Made by a program: the position numbers and the translations under genes
The notes under the pieces: generated by a model
What the model saw: the letters and a program-made list of their open reading frames with translations, nothing else
Told to the model about the DNA's origin: nothing
Databases searched by the model: none
IMG/VR virus record: IMGVR_UViG_3300042890_004141
Span: 62,001-126,000 of that record
Source: an uncultured virus (IMG/VR IMGVR_UViG_3300042890_004141)
Lineage: Duplodnaviria; Heunggongvirae; Uroviricota; Caudoviricetes
Strand: one strand, 5' to 3'
Length of the DNA stretch: 64,000 nucleotides
Shown here: piece by piece, positions 19,895-29,876 of the stretch
Layout of the letters: every line of letters begins with the position of its first letter
Position numbering within the stretch: position 1 is the first letter of the stretch

Positions 19895-21886
19895 TTAATA
19901 TAAAGTTAAGACTCCGTTTTTAGGTAATTGATTTTCAATATAATATTCATCAACTATTATTTTTTTATTTTCTATTTGAGTTTGATCATGTATATCATAA
20001 GATGAATAAACTATAATGTATGTTTTTTTAGGATCAAACATAACTTGTCTAAACCAAGCTATTTTATGTAAAACATTTACTGTTTCTTCAAAAAGCATAT
20101 TCTCATCTTCGTAAACTGTAATGTTAATATTTCTACTATCAGTTGAATTAGCGATATTTAAAAACACGGCAAATTGGTCTGGATGTTCTTTAATAGGTAG
20201 TACTGAAAAATATTCTACTCGGGAGTAATCTTTATGGGTAAAATTATCTTTTACTAATTTAGTAAATTCAGATTCTTCTTCCCAATATATTTTATCAGCA
20301 TCTTGATTAAAAGTATGGTATGTTAAATTTTCTAATCCGTTAGATTCACTACCCCATTTTACCATTAATGAATCATATTCTTTAGATGTTTTAATAGGTA
20401 AAAAATGATCTAAATAAAATTGAGGTTTAGTAGCTAAAAAATAAGTAATAACTGTATTGCCTTCTAGTTCTTTTCTTAAACCAACATATGCTTGTTTATT
20501 ATTTAATATTAAAGATACATTGTCGATATAAGAAGCATTTTCTAAAATATAATCATAATTTAAAAAGAATATTTTTTTAATACCTAAACTATTAGCTAAT
20601 GAAGCTGCATTGTAATAATTAGTATACACAGATGGTCCATGATAAACATCATTGTTTTCTCCAGATAACATCAAATCTACTCTCCAACTACTATAATCAA
20701 ACCAAGTATAACTATAGAATGTATGTTTAGTTAAAAGATTATTATTATCATAGATACAATAATCAACTATTTCTTGCAGTTCTTTAGGAATTGGTAAGTG
20801 TGATGTTAATATAATTTTTCTACCTGTTTTCTTTAAAGACTCAATACATTCTTTAGTTGTTTCAACTATAGAGTTTAAAATTGGGTAGGTTGAAACTACT
20901 ATTGCTTCTTCTTCAGTTTTAGGTAAATTAGAATAATATAAAGTAGATTCAATTAAACTTAAATTATAACTAAAATCAGTAAAGTCTAAGTAATTTACAT
21001 TATAATCATCCCAATAATTAAGATATACAGGTAGGTTATATATTAAAACAGGTATTTGATATGAAACTGCTTCTCTAATTACTAGAGGCATTGTTTCTTT
21101 ATCATTGTTTGTGCCCCTGGATGTAAATAGGAATAGATCCATTGCTTGATAAAAAGCATCTACATCTGTTCTTTCATTCCACCAAGTTAAATTATTGGGT
21201 TTGTTTTTCATTAACGGTTCCCAATAATGTCTAAAGTTGTCGGCTTGATTACCTACACAATGGAACTCATATTGAGGTAACGCTTTAGCATATTCAAAAA
21301 ACTCAGCTTGGTTTTTACGGGGAGTAAATAATCCAATATGAAGAATATGTTTTTTATTAGGATCTAATCCTAATTTTTGTAGTGCCCCTGTTCTATCCGG
21401 TCTTTCAATATATTCAATAGGATATTCAACTAATACTTTAGGAATGTCTATATCTTTATATTGATTAATCTGCCATTGTGATACAAACATAAACTTATCC
21501 GGGAAAAATTTCTTCTGAGTTGTGTCATAAGATGAGTCATGAGATGTTTCTACAATTTTATACTTTCTGTCTTGAGTATAAATTTGCTCAGCTATCTTAC
21601 TATCCATAAAAAACTCAGGTATTTCCTCTAAATGAATAATATCGGGTTGGATATTATTAATAATATTGATTAATTGCTGTTTATTATCGTCTAATGTGTA
21701 GAACTTTTCAGGGGCAACTAACTGCGTTATCTTATTGCGAGTCACTACTAATATACCACCAGTACAATCAACCCATTCAACTAAATAAATATCATAACTA
21801 TTTTTTAATAGTTCAATTTTTTTAGCTAAATATTGAGGTAATCCTCCTGTCGATAAATGAGGCGCTACATATAGTAGTTTCTCCAT
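19895..21886 (-). CDS. GT4-like glycosyltransferase fused to a second, unassigned C-terminal domain
   Basis: PHLSTGGLPQY, GLFTPRKNQ, DLFLFTS...ETMPLVIREA; C-terminal half has IILTSH and FFLNYDY. Confidence 0.8.
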   Translation of the reverse strand: MEKLLYVAPHLSTGGLPQYLAKKIELLKNSYDIYLVEWVDCTGGILVVTRNKITQLVAPEKFYTLDDNKQQLINIINNIQPDIIHLEEIPEFFMDSKIAEQIYTQDRKYKIVETSHDSSYDTTQKKFFPDKFMFVSQWQINQYKDIDIPKVLVEYPIEYIERPDRTGALQKLGLDPNKKHILHIGLFTPRKNQAEFFEYAKALPQYEFHCVGNQADNFRHYWEPLMKNKPNNLTWWNERTDVDAFYQAMDLFLFTSRGTNNDKETMPLVIREAVSYQIPVLIYNLPVYLNYWDDYNVNYLDFTDFSYNLSLIESTLYYSNLPKTEEEAIVVSTYPILNSIVETTKECIESLKKTGRKIILTSHLPIPKELQEIVDYCIYDNNNLLTKHTFYSYTWFDYSSWRVDLMLSGENNDVYHGPSVYTNYYNAASLANSLGIKKIFFLNYDYILENASYIDNVSLILNNKQAYVGLRKELEGNTVITYFLATKPQFYLDHFLPIKTSKEYDSLMVKWGSESNGLENLTYHTFNQDADKIYWEEESEFTKLVKDNFTHKDYSRVEYFSVLPIKEHPDQFAVFLNIANSTDSRNINITVYEDENMLFEETVNVLHKIAWFRQVMFDPKKTYIIVYSSYDIHDQTQIENKKIIVDEYYIENQLPKNGVLTLY

Positions 21887-21904
21887 AACCTTTGTTAAAT
21901 AAAA

Positions 21905-22183
21905 TTAGAATGAAGCTACTTTGGTATTTTCAACTTCAGTAGGGATAAATTCACCACTTTCAATGTTGATAGTACCAGCACCATACTTGTCAGAAAGAGT
22001 TTTACCCATTTCAGATTCTTCTTCTTTTAAATCATTAAAGAATTTAACAAGTTCAGTTTCTCTAGCTTCAAGTTGCAATTTAGCAATTCTAAGATTACCA
22101 AATTCATTTACAAGAGCAGTGTTTTTTTGTTGGATTTCTTTAAGAGCGTCAATCTCTTTTTTAGTTAATTTTTTTGTAGCCAT
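21905..22183 (-). CDS. Small coiled-coil protein, putative fibre chaperone; paralog of 537..788
   Basis: KLTKKEIDALKE...FG...KYGAGTINIESGEF. Confidence 0.6.
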   Translation of the reverse strand: MATKKLTKKEIDALKEIQQKNTALVNEFGNLRIAKLQLEARETELVKFFNDLKEEESEMGKTLSDKYGAGTINIESGEFIPTEVENTKVASF

Positions 22184-22212
22184 AAATTTATTTTAATAAC
22201 AGTTTATATCAA

Positions 22213-22244
22213 TAAATATATGAAAAATAATTTAAATATCCAAA
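22213..22244 (-). promoter_or_regulatory. Bacteroidota-type primary-sigma promoter overlapping an ATATTTAT motif
   Basis: Minus strand reads TTTGGA-N18-TATATTTA, the same spacing as the sites at 56433 and 57829. Confidence 0.5.
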
Positions 22245-22249
22245 CTATC

Positions 22250-25200
22250 TTAGAAAACACCAGTAATTATTCCTCCTACAACATTTATGTTTTGAGTTCC
22301 TGGAGGGTTCATTGGGATGTTTATAACTCCAGTATATCCAGGAGCTGCTCCTATAGAATATCCAGTTGAAGCATTAATTTGACCAGAAACATCTAGAGGA
22401 TATCCGGGAGATGCTGTACCAATTCCTAATCTACTATTTGTAACATCAGCATATAGGAAAGATACACTTTGTATTTGAGTTGTACTTGTAGTTCTAACTA
22501 GATAATCAGGTTGATTAGTAAACGTACCACCACTAATACCAGAAGTACCATTAAATGATAAACCTGAAGTACCAGCTGAACCGCTTGTACCTGAAGTACC
22601 GCTTACTGCAGATAAACCAGCAGCCCCTGCTATACCTGAAGTACCAGAGCTACCGGATGTGCCTGATGTGCCTGAAGTTTGAGACGCTCCTGAAGCTCCT
22701 GCCGCTCCAGAAGTACCATTTGATCCATTCGTACCTGAAGTTCCTGAAGTGTTAGAAGATCCTGAGGCTCCTGCTGTTCCGTTTGAACCTGCTGAACCTG
22801 AAGTGCCAGAAGTATTTGATAAACCACTTGCTCCTGCTAGTCCTGAAGTACCACTTGAGCCTGAAGAACCACTTGAGCCTGAAGTACCAGAAGTGTTTGA
22901 GGATCCAGAAGGACCGGCTGTACCATTTGATCCTGTTGAACCACTAGAACCAGCAGTACCTGATGTGTTTGAAGATCCTGAAGGGCCAGCGGTTCCATTA
23001 GAACCTGTTGAACCTGAAGAACCACTAGTTCCTGATGTACTTGATACACCTGAACCACCATCTACTCCTGATGTACCTGTACTTCCAGACGAACCACTTG
23101 AGCCAGATGTTCCTGAAGTATTAGATGAACCTGAAGGGCCTGCGGTTCCATTTGAACCTGTAGATCCGCTTGAACCTGAAGTGCCAGAAGTGTTAGATGA
23201 ACCTGATGGACCTGCTGTACCATTTGATCCTGTTGATCCAGAAGAACCAGATGTTCCTGATGAACTTGAAGAACCAGAAGCGCCTGCTGTACCGTTAGAT
23301 CCTGATGAACCTGAAGTACCAGAAGTGGCACTTACTGCTGAAAGACCAGCAGCACCTGCTATACCAGAAGTACCTGAAGAACCGGATGTACCACTTGTTC
23401 CTGAGGTTGTTGAACTTCCAGAGGCACCTGCTGTTCCATTAGAACCAGTTGAGCCAGAAGTTCCAGAAGTATTAGAAGAGCCTGAAGCTCCAGCCGTTCC
23501 ATTAGAACCAGTAGAACCACTAGTACCTGATGTGTTAGATAAACCTGAGTTCCCTGCTGTACCACTTGAGCCTGTAGAACCACTAGTTCCAGAAGTGCCG
23601 GAAGTATTGGAGGATCCAGATGGACCTGCTGTACCATTAGAACCGGTTGATCCTGAAGTACCGCTTGTACCTGAAGTAGATGATGCTCCTGAATTACCTG
23701 CTGCACCTGATGATCCATTTGAACCAGCTGAACCTGAAGTTCCAGATGTATTAGATATACCACTAGCTCCTGCTAATCCGGATGTTCCGCTTGAACCAGA
23801 TGATCCACTAGAACCTGAAGTGCCAGAAGTGTTAGATGAACCTGATGGACCTGCTGTACCATTTGATCCTGTTGATCCAGAAGAACCAGATGTTCCTGAT
23901 GTATTAGAAGATCCAGAAGGACCTGCAGTTCCATTAGAACCTGTTGATCCACTTGAACCTGAAGTACCGGAAGTAAAGGATGTACCTGAAGGGCCTGCTG
24001 TTCCATTTGAACCTGTTGACCCTGATGATCCACTAGTACCAGAAGTACTTGAAACGCCTGAACCTCCATCAACACCAGAAGTACCTGTTGAACCAGAAGA
24101 TCCAGAAGAACCAGATGAGCCGCTTGTTTGTGATGCTCCACTAGCTCCTGCACTACCATTTGATCCTGTAGAACCAGAAGTACCAGAAGTGCCTGAAGAA
24201 TTTGATTGCCCTGAATTACCTGCTGTACCTGAACTCCCTGTTGAACCAGATGATCCGCTTGAACCTGAAGTAAAAGATTCTCCAGATGCTCCTGCGTTTC
24301 CTGAAGTACCATTTGATCCTGAAGAACCGCTTGATCCTGAAGTACCAGAAGTGCCTGAAGAAGAAGATGATCCAGAAGCACCAGCAGTACCATTAGAACC
24401 TGAACTTCCTGAGGTACCAGAAGTAGCACTTACTGCTGAAAGACCAGCAGCGCCTGCTATACCTGAAGTACCAGATGAACCGCTTGTTCCTGAAGTACCT
24501 GAAGTATTGCTACTACCTGATACTCCTGCACTACCATTTGATCCTGTTGATCCTGAAGTTCCTGAGGTACCTGAAGTGTTGCCTGTGCCTGAAGCACCTG
24601 CTGAACCATTTGATCCAGCTGAACCAGATGTACCTGAAGTTCCACTAGTACCTGAAGAACCACTATTTTGTGATAAACCTGAAGTACCTGTTGATCCAGA
24701 AGAACCAGAAGTACCTGAGGTTGAACTTTGTCCTGAATTACCTGCCACTCCAGAAGAACCATTTGATCCACTTGAACCTGATGTTCCAGAACTAGCTGAT
24801 TGTCCTGATGATCCATCAACACCTGATGAACCACTTGAACCTGATGAACCACTTGATCCAGAAGTACTAGACACTCCTGAAGAACCATTTGATCCTGATG
24901 ATCCAGATGAACCACTAGATCCACTTGTACCAGAAGTAGAAGAACTTCCTGAGGCACCGGCTGAACCATTTGATCCAGCTGAACCACTAGTACCTGATGT
25001 ATTTGATATACCACTAGCTCCTGCTAATCCTGATGTACCAGAAGAGCCAGAGCTACCTGACGATCCAGAAGATCCGCTTGAACCAGATGTCCCAGATGTG
25101 TTACTTTGTCCTGAAGAACCATTTGACCCTGATGAACCACTTGTTCCTGATGTACCACTAGAACTACTTTCTCCTGAAGAACCATTTGACCCTGATGAAC

Positions 25201-27205
25201 CAGAAGTACCACTAGTACCAGAAGTTCCAGCACTTCCACTTGCCTGAGAAAGACCTGAGGTACCTGTTGATCCAGAACTACCTGAAGTTCCAGAAGTTGA
25301 AGATTGTCCACTATTACCCGCTGCTCCAGAAGAACCATTTGATCCACTAGATCCAGATGTACCTGAAGTACCGCTTGTACCAGAAGAATTAGATTGTCCA
25401 CTACTACCTGCTAATCCAGAAGAACCGTTTGATCCAGAGGAACCACTAGTGCCTGAAGTTGAAGATTGACCTGATGATCCATCTAACCCGCTTGAACCAG
25501 ATGAACCGCTTGAGCCAGAAGATCCGCTTGTTCCACTAGTACCTGATGATTGAGATAGACCAGAAGTACCAGTTGATCCACTTGAACCTGAAGTACCAGA
25601 AGTACTTGATTGACCACTATTGCCTGCTACTCCAGATGAACCATTTGATCCAGAACTACCTGAAGTACCTGAAGTTGAGGATTGACCTGATGAACCATCT
25701 GCTCCTGTTGAACCTGAAGATCCAGAAGAGCCACTGGTTCCTGAAGTTGAAGATTGTCCTGATGAGCCATTAATACCTGAAGAACCATTTGATCCACTAG
25801 ATCCAGATGAGCCGCTTGAACCTGATGTTCCACTTGTTGAAGATATTCCTGAGCCTCCATCAACACCAGAAGTACCTGAGCTGCCTGAGCTGCCTGAACT
25901 ACCGCTTGTACCTGATGTACCGCTTGTTTGAGATAAACCATCAGTTCCGGCTGAACCATTTGAACCTGAAGAACCACTAGTTCCACTAGTACCAGAAGAT
26001 TGTGATAGACCAGAAGTACCTGTACTACCGCTTGATCCAGAAGTACCTGATGTGCTTGATTGGCCGCTATTTCCAGCTACACCTGAAGATCCATTTGAAC
26101 CTGAACTGCCTGAGGTACCAGAGGTAGATGATTGTCCTGATGAGCCATCTAATCCACTTGAACCTGAAGATCCAGATGAACCACTGGTTCCACTTGAACC
26201 TGATATTCCTGATGATCCATCTACTCCGCTTGAACCAGATGAGCCATTTGAGCCTGAAGAACCACTAGTTCCACTAGTGCCTGATGATTGAGATAAACCT
26301 GAAGTGCCTGTTGATCCACTTGATCCAGAAGTACCAGAAGTAGAAGATTGACCTGAGTTACCTGCTAAACCTGAGGAACCGCTTGAACCTGAACTACCTG
26401 ATGAACCTGACGTTCCAGAAGAACCATCTTGTCCACTAGAACCAGATGAACCACTTGAGCCAGAAGATCCTGAACTACCTGATGATCCACTTGTACCACT
26501 ACTGCCATCATTACCACTTGAACCAGCAGAACCACTAGATCCAGAAGATCCACTTGTACCACTGATTCCTGAAGATTGTGATAGACCAGAAGTACCAGTT
26601 GATCCACTTGAACCTGAAGTTCCTGAAGTAGATGATTGTCCACTATTACCTCCTGCTCCTGAAGAACCATTTGATCCTGATGAACCAGAAGTTCCACTAG
26701 TACCTGAACTTCCTGAAGAACCACTTGAGCCGGATGTACCACTAGTTCCTCCACTTGTTCCTGAAGAACCTTCTACACCACTAGTTCCTGATGAACCTGT
26801 TGAGCCTGATGATCCACTTGTGCCTGCTGTTCCACTTGTACCTGAAGAGCCAGATATTCCTGAGGTACCAGATGAACCTCCTGAAGTACCTGAACTTCCG
26901 CTTACACCAGAAGTACCATTTGACCCTGATAAACCACTTGAACCTGCTAATCCAGAAGAACCATTTGATCCAGATGTACCTGAAGTACCTGAGGTGCCTG
27001 ATGTGCCTGCTGTTCCACTTCCGCCTCCGCCTCCTTGAACTAAAGATACAACACCATCATCGTTTATAGTTAAAACGTAACCTTCCCAACCTTCAGTTAC
27101 AATAGGTAAATTAAATTTATTAAAAGCTAATGACCTATCAAAAAAACCTCTACCTTGGTTTGGGTTGTCTAAACGATTATTACCTCTGTATCTGTTTTCG
27201 GCCAT
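22250..27205 (-). CDS. Giant Gly-Ser-Thr triplet-repeat (collagen-like) fibre protein, 1651 aa
   Basis: About 1500 aa of GSS/GTS/GSN triplets; short unique N-terminus; C-terminus has the RLGIGTASP fibre motif. Confidence 0.85.
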   Translation of the reverse strand: MAENRYRGNNRLDNPNQGRGFFDRSLAFNKFNLPIVTEGWEGYVLTINDDGVVSLVQGGGGGSGTAGTSGTSGTSGTSGSNGSSGLAGSSGLSGSNGTSGVSGSSGTSGGSSGTSGISGSSGTSGTAGTSGSSGSTGSSGTSGVEGSSGTSGGTSGTSGSSGSSGSSGTSGTSGSSGSNGSSGAGGNSGQSSTSGTSGSSGSTGTSGLSQSSGISGTSGSSGSSGSAGSSGNDGSSGTSGSSGSSGSSGSSGSSGSSGQDGSSGTSGSSGSSGSSGSSGLAGNSGQSSTSGTSGSSGSTGTSGLSQSSGTSGTSGSSGSNGSSGSSGVDGSSGISGSSGTSGSSGSSGSSGLDGSSGQSSTSGTSGSSGSNGSSGVAGNSGQSSTSGTSGSSGSTGTSGLSQSSGTSGTSGSSGSNGSAGTDGLSQTSGTSGTSGSSGSSGSSGTSGVDGGSGISSTSGTSGSSGSSGSSGSNGSSGINGSSGQSSTSGTSGSSGSSGSTGADGSSGQSSTSGTSGSSGSNGSSGVAGNSGQSSTSGTSGSSGSTGTSGLSQSSGTSGTSGSSGSSGSSGSSGLDGSSGQSSTSGTSGSSGSNGSSGLAGSSGQSNSSGTSGTSGTSGSSGSNGSSGAAGNSGQSSTSGTSGSSGSTGTSGLSQASGSAGTSGTSGTSGSSGSNGSSGESSSSGTSGTSGSSGSNGSSGQSNTSGTSGSSGSSGSSGSSGSSGTSGLAGASGISNTSGTSGSAGSNGSAGASGSSSTSGTSGSSGSSGSSGSNGSSGVSSTSGSSGSSGSSGSSGVDGSSGQSASSGTSGSSGSNGSSGVAGNSGQSSTSGTSGSSGSTGTSGLSQNSGSSGTSGTSGTSGSAGSNGSAGASGTGNTSGTSGTSGSTGSNGSAGVSGSSNTSGTSGTSGSSGTSGIAGAAGLSAVSATSGTSGSSGSNGTAGASGSSSSSGTSGTSGSSGSSGSNGTSGNAGASGESFTSGSSGSSGSTGSSGTAGNSGQSNSSGTSGTSGSTGSNGSAGASGASQTSGSSGSSGSSGSTGTSGVDGGSGVSSTSGTSGSSGSTGSNGTAGPSGTSFTSGTSGSSGSTGSNGTAGPSGSSNTSGTSGSSGSTGSNGTAGPSGSSNTSGTSGSSGSSGSSGTSGLAGASGISNTSGTSGSAGSNGSSGAAGNSGASSTSGTSGTSGSTGSNGTAGPSGSSNTSGTSGTSGSTGSSGTAGNSGLSNTSGTSGSTGSNGTAGASGSSNTSGTSGSTGSNGTAGASGSSTTSGTSGTSGSSGTSGIAGAAGLSAVSATSGTSGSSGSNGTAGASGSSSSSGTSGSSGSTGSNGTAGPSGSSNTSGTSGSSGSTGSNGTAGPSGSSNTSGTSGSSGSSGSTGTSGVDGGSGVSSTSGTSGSSGSTGSNGTAGPSGSSNTSGTAGSSGSTGSNGTAGPSGSSNTSGTSGSSGSSGSSGTSGLAGASGLSNTSGTSGSAGSNGTAGASGSSNTSGTSGTNGSNGTSGAAGASGASQTSGTSGTSGSSGTSGIAGAAGLSAVSGTSGTSGSAGTSGLSFNGTSGISGGTFTNQPDYLVRTTSTTQIQSVSFLYADVTNSRLGIGTASPGYPLDVSGQINASTGYSIGAAPGYTGVINIPMNPPGTQNINVVGGIITGVF
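23172..23901. repeat. Exact 91-bp direct repeat (23172-23262 and 23811-23901) inside the GST-repeat gene
   Basis: gaacctgaagtgccagaagtgttagatgaacc...ccagatgttcctgatg is present at both positions. Confidence 0.85.
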
Positions 27206-27253
27206 TCCTGTGTTTACGTATAAATATTAAAACTCTAGAGTTAATTTTTAACT

Positions 27254-28126
27254 TTAGTTAGTACTTGGTAGGTTTGAAGGAGGAATAGTAGTTTCTGTAG
27301 AGATAAATATTTGAGTTTTATTTGAAAATTTCTGTAATGCAGTTATATCTTTTTGTAATAGTTCTGGGATTATATATCCATTAATTTTAATACTAAATGT
27401 ACTTCTTACTATACGTTCATCATCTTGAGATAATTCGGTTTGGAAGCCAAACGAATCAATCATTGCTTTAAATTGATAACGTTGAGGATCACCCCAGTAA
27501 GCATCTGAGGCATATTCCATTGATTCAACTATTTTATTTAGTTGTTCCACATAATAAGTAAATACAGCACATTCATATGTTACTGTTAAATAATCAGGCA
27601 TTACAACAGCATAATATTCTTTTTGAGGAACACGATTGTTTAATACCTTAAAATTATCATAAGCATTTTGTTGACTGTAACGTTTAGTAAACACACCAAA
27701 GTTATTTGGATTGTTAGCATCTAACTTATTAGCAATAGCTCTATTTTTAGTTATGTCTGTTCTTTTAAACATAATCAAAGGAGCCATAATTTTACCTTTT
27801 TGATCCCTGTAGTAACCATCTTTTTGATATGATTTCCACTTTTCAGGTGAACCATAGATTACAGGAACAGGCAAACGAGAACCATTTTGTGTTACTGATG
27901 GTTGGATTACATTTTCAAAGTAATAGAATATAGCCTCATCAATATCTTGAATTCCAACACTAAATGGTTTAGTTGTATCACCTTTAAAAGTTGTATTTAA
28001 AGCTCTATTGTTAGTAGGGGTTGGGTTAAAATCATTAGGATTACCTGACTGTGAATAGGTAGGCACATGCTGCTCTTTTGAAAGCTGCTTTTGAGTTTTT
28101 GGTATGGGTTTTCTAACTTGAGCCAT
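27254..28126 (-). CDS. Tail completion / sheath terminator protein (T4 gp15-like)
   Basis: VPVIYGSPEKW, APLIMFKR, PDYLTVTY, QLNKIVE motifs; follows the neck genes. Confidence 0.6.
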   Translation of the reverse strand: MAQVRKPIPKTQKQLSKEQHVPTYSQSGNPNDFNPTPTNNRALNTTFKGDTTKPFSVGIQDIDEAIFYYFENVIQPSVTQNGSRLPVPVIYGSPEKWKSYQKDGYYRDQKGKIMAPLIMFKRTDITKNRAIANKLDANNPNNFGVFTKRYSQQNAYDNFKVLNNRVPQKEYYAVVMPDYLTVTYECAVFTYYVEQLNKIVESMEYASDAYWGDPQRYQFKAMIDSFGFQTELSQDDERIVRSTFSIKINGYIIPELLQKDITALQKFSNKTQIFISTETTIPPSNLPSTN

Positions 28127-28647
28127 TATAATCTTGATAATTCAATGTTAACTTTATCAGACGGAGTGTAGTGGGCGTTACATATAACAGAAACACTATA
28201 ACCAAATTCGTTTAAGTCTGTTTCATATGGATTATTTCCATTACCATCTGTATAAGGATATTCAGGGTCTTTACCTACAAAGAATTGAGCTGTACTAACA
28301 TTATCTATTTCCCAATATCCATTTTGGAACATAATAATATCTCCTATGTCTGGATAAACATTAGCGTCAACTAAATCATCTCGTAAAAATTTATAAGTAA
28401 CATTCCATTTAAAATCAGCTCCAAAATCACTTACAGGATATTCAAACTGACTTGTAGCGATTAAAGCATATAATAAAACAGGGTCAGCGAAATTTCTTCC
28501 AGTAGATGCTTCACCATACATGTTTACTTTAGTAGTAGTACTATTGTATTTATAGAATACACACTGTTGTGAAATAATGTTCTGCATCAACTCTCGGTTG
28601 ATGTATCTAAACATTGAAATATCTCTAGCCTGTCCAAATAATGCCAT
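28126..28647 (-). CDS. Neck / head-completion protein (gp14-like)
   Basis: NMYGEA, PDIGDII...YWEI motifs; synteny with neighbouring neck genes. Confidence 0.6.
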   Translation of the reverse strand: MALFGQARDISMFRYINRELMQNIISQQCVFYKYNSTTTKVNMYGEASTGRNFADPVLLYALIATSQFEYPVSDFGADFKWNVTYKFLRDDLVDANVYPDIGDIIMFQNGYWEIDNVSTAQFFVGKDPEYPYTDGNGNNPYETDLNEFGYSVSVICNAHYTPSDKVNIELSRL

Positions 28648-29837
28648 TATCCTATAAAAATTGTCATTGGTACATTACTAATTTCAGCTACTCGAGCTAC
28701 TGATTCTGCTTGCCTTCTTTCAAGCAATGCTTGACGAGATGTTGAATCAAAGTATTCTCTTAACCGTGTTACTAAATTATCTTTTTCTGAAGTAGCAGCT
28801 GCTACTAAGGTATCACCATTTAATGTTACTTCAGCTCCTGGAATAGGGATTTGTGAGTATTTGTTACGAGTATAGCCTAACATTTCTTTAGATAATGCTA
28901 AAGTATATTCAAATATCCAACTTCTACCTACAGAGTTAATATCATTATAGTTAGGGTTAGTATATGGTACATTTGAGGAATTAGAAATTTTACCAATACC
29001 ATTTGTTACCGCTGAATCTAGCCTATCTTTTAACTTAATAAACTTAAATACTAAGTATTGACCATAGTATAAATCATCTTCACCACTAAATTCTCCACTA
29101 AAACCAGTACCAGGTACTGGGAATACCGAGATAATATTGTTTACAATATTAAAGCTATAGTTAGATAAAGTTACAGTGTTTTGCATTTCAATTGCTTGAA
29201 TGTTCTGTATAGTGTAACTTGTAGGCATCATTAAGTAGTTAGCATATCCATATCCAAACCCATAAACACCAGCTGCTGGTACACCACCTAAACCTGCTCC
29301 ACCCTGTCCAGACATGTATGGAGAGTACAATTGACTAATTGCTGGAGGTGATTCATAAAATACTTCTTTAATTTCAATACCACCTGTGATACTTTGAGAT
29401 ATAGCCCAATCTGCTAAATCATAAGATTGAACTCCTGGAATTAAGTCTAATCGGCCTTTAAACCAAGTTACATTACCGCCAGCTCCTGCTTCTTCACCAT
29501 ATTGTTGAGACAATCTAACAATATTAGCCATTGAAGGAGTAATAATACTATCGTTAATATCAATAGCTTGTGTCACACCTTCTAAAGATAAATAGTTATC
29601 TCTTAATTGGTATGCATATAATTCGTTACCATAAACTGTAGTTGCTTCTTCAAAAGCAGTGTAAAAGTTTATAGCTTGTAATTCTACGTTTTCGATAGGA
29701 TAACCTAAACGAATAGCGCAAAACTTAGCTACTTTATCAGCATCAACTTGGAAATCATATTGATTATCGTAAAAGCCAAAAGGTGTATCTCCAGGGAAAA
29801 ATGATGATGAACCAGGCCAAATAGGAACGTTTGCCAT
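28647..29837 (-). CDS. Neck / head-tail adaptor protein (gp13-like)
   Basis: RLGYPIENVEL, WIFEYTLALSKEMLGYTRNKY...PGAEVTLNGD, ends PMTIFIG. Confidence 0.75.
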   Translation of the reverse strand: MANVPIWPGSSSFFPGDTPFGFYDNQYDFQVDADKVAKFCAIRLGYPIENVELQAINFYTAFEEATTVYGNELYAYQLRDNYLSLEGVTQAIDINDSIITPSMANIVRLSQQYGEEAGAGGNVTWFKGRLDLIPGVQSYDLADWAISQSITGGIEIKEVFYESPPAISQLYSPYMSGQGGAGLGGVPAAGVYGFGYGYANYLMMPTSYTIQNIQAIEMQNTVTLSNYSFNIVNNIISVFPVPGTGFSGEFSGEDDLYYGQYLVFKFIKLKDRLDSAVTNGIGKISNSSNVPYTNPNYNDINSVGRSWIFEYTLALSKEMLGYTRNKYSQIPIPGAEVTLNGDTLVAAATSEKDNLVTRLREYFDSTSRQALLERRQAESVARVAEISNVPMTIFIG

Positions 29838-29876
29838 ATTTTTTATTTATAAATATTAAAAAAGAAAGCAATAATT

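Noticed and set aside
22555..27069. Long plus-strand PEVPE-rich ORFs and alternative-frame LVLQVQ ORFs
   Set aside because: These are shadows of the Gly/Ser/Thr repeat, whose codons rarely give stops in other frames. The minus-strand frame has unique termini, an upstream motif and operon context.
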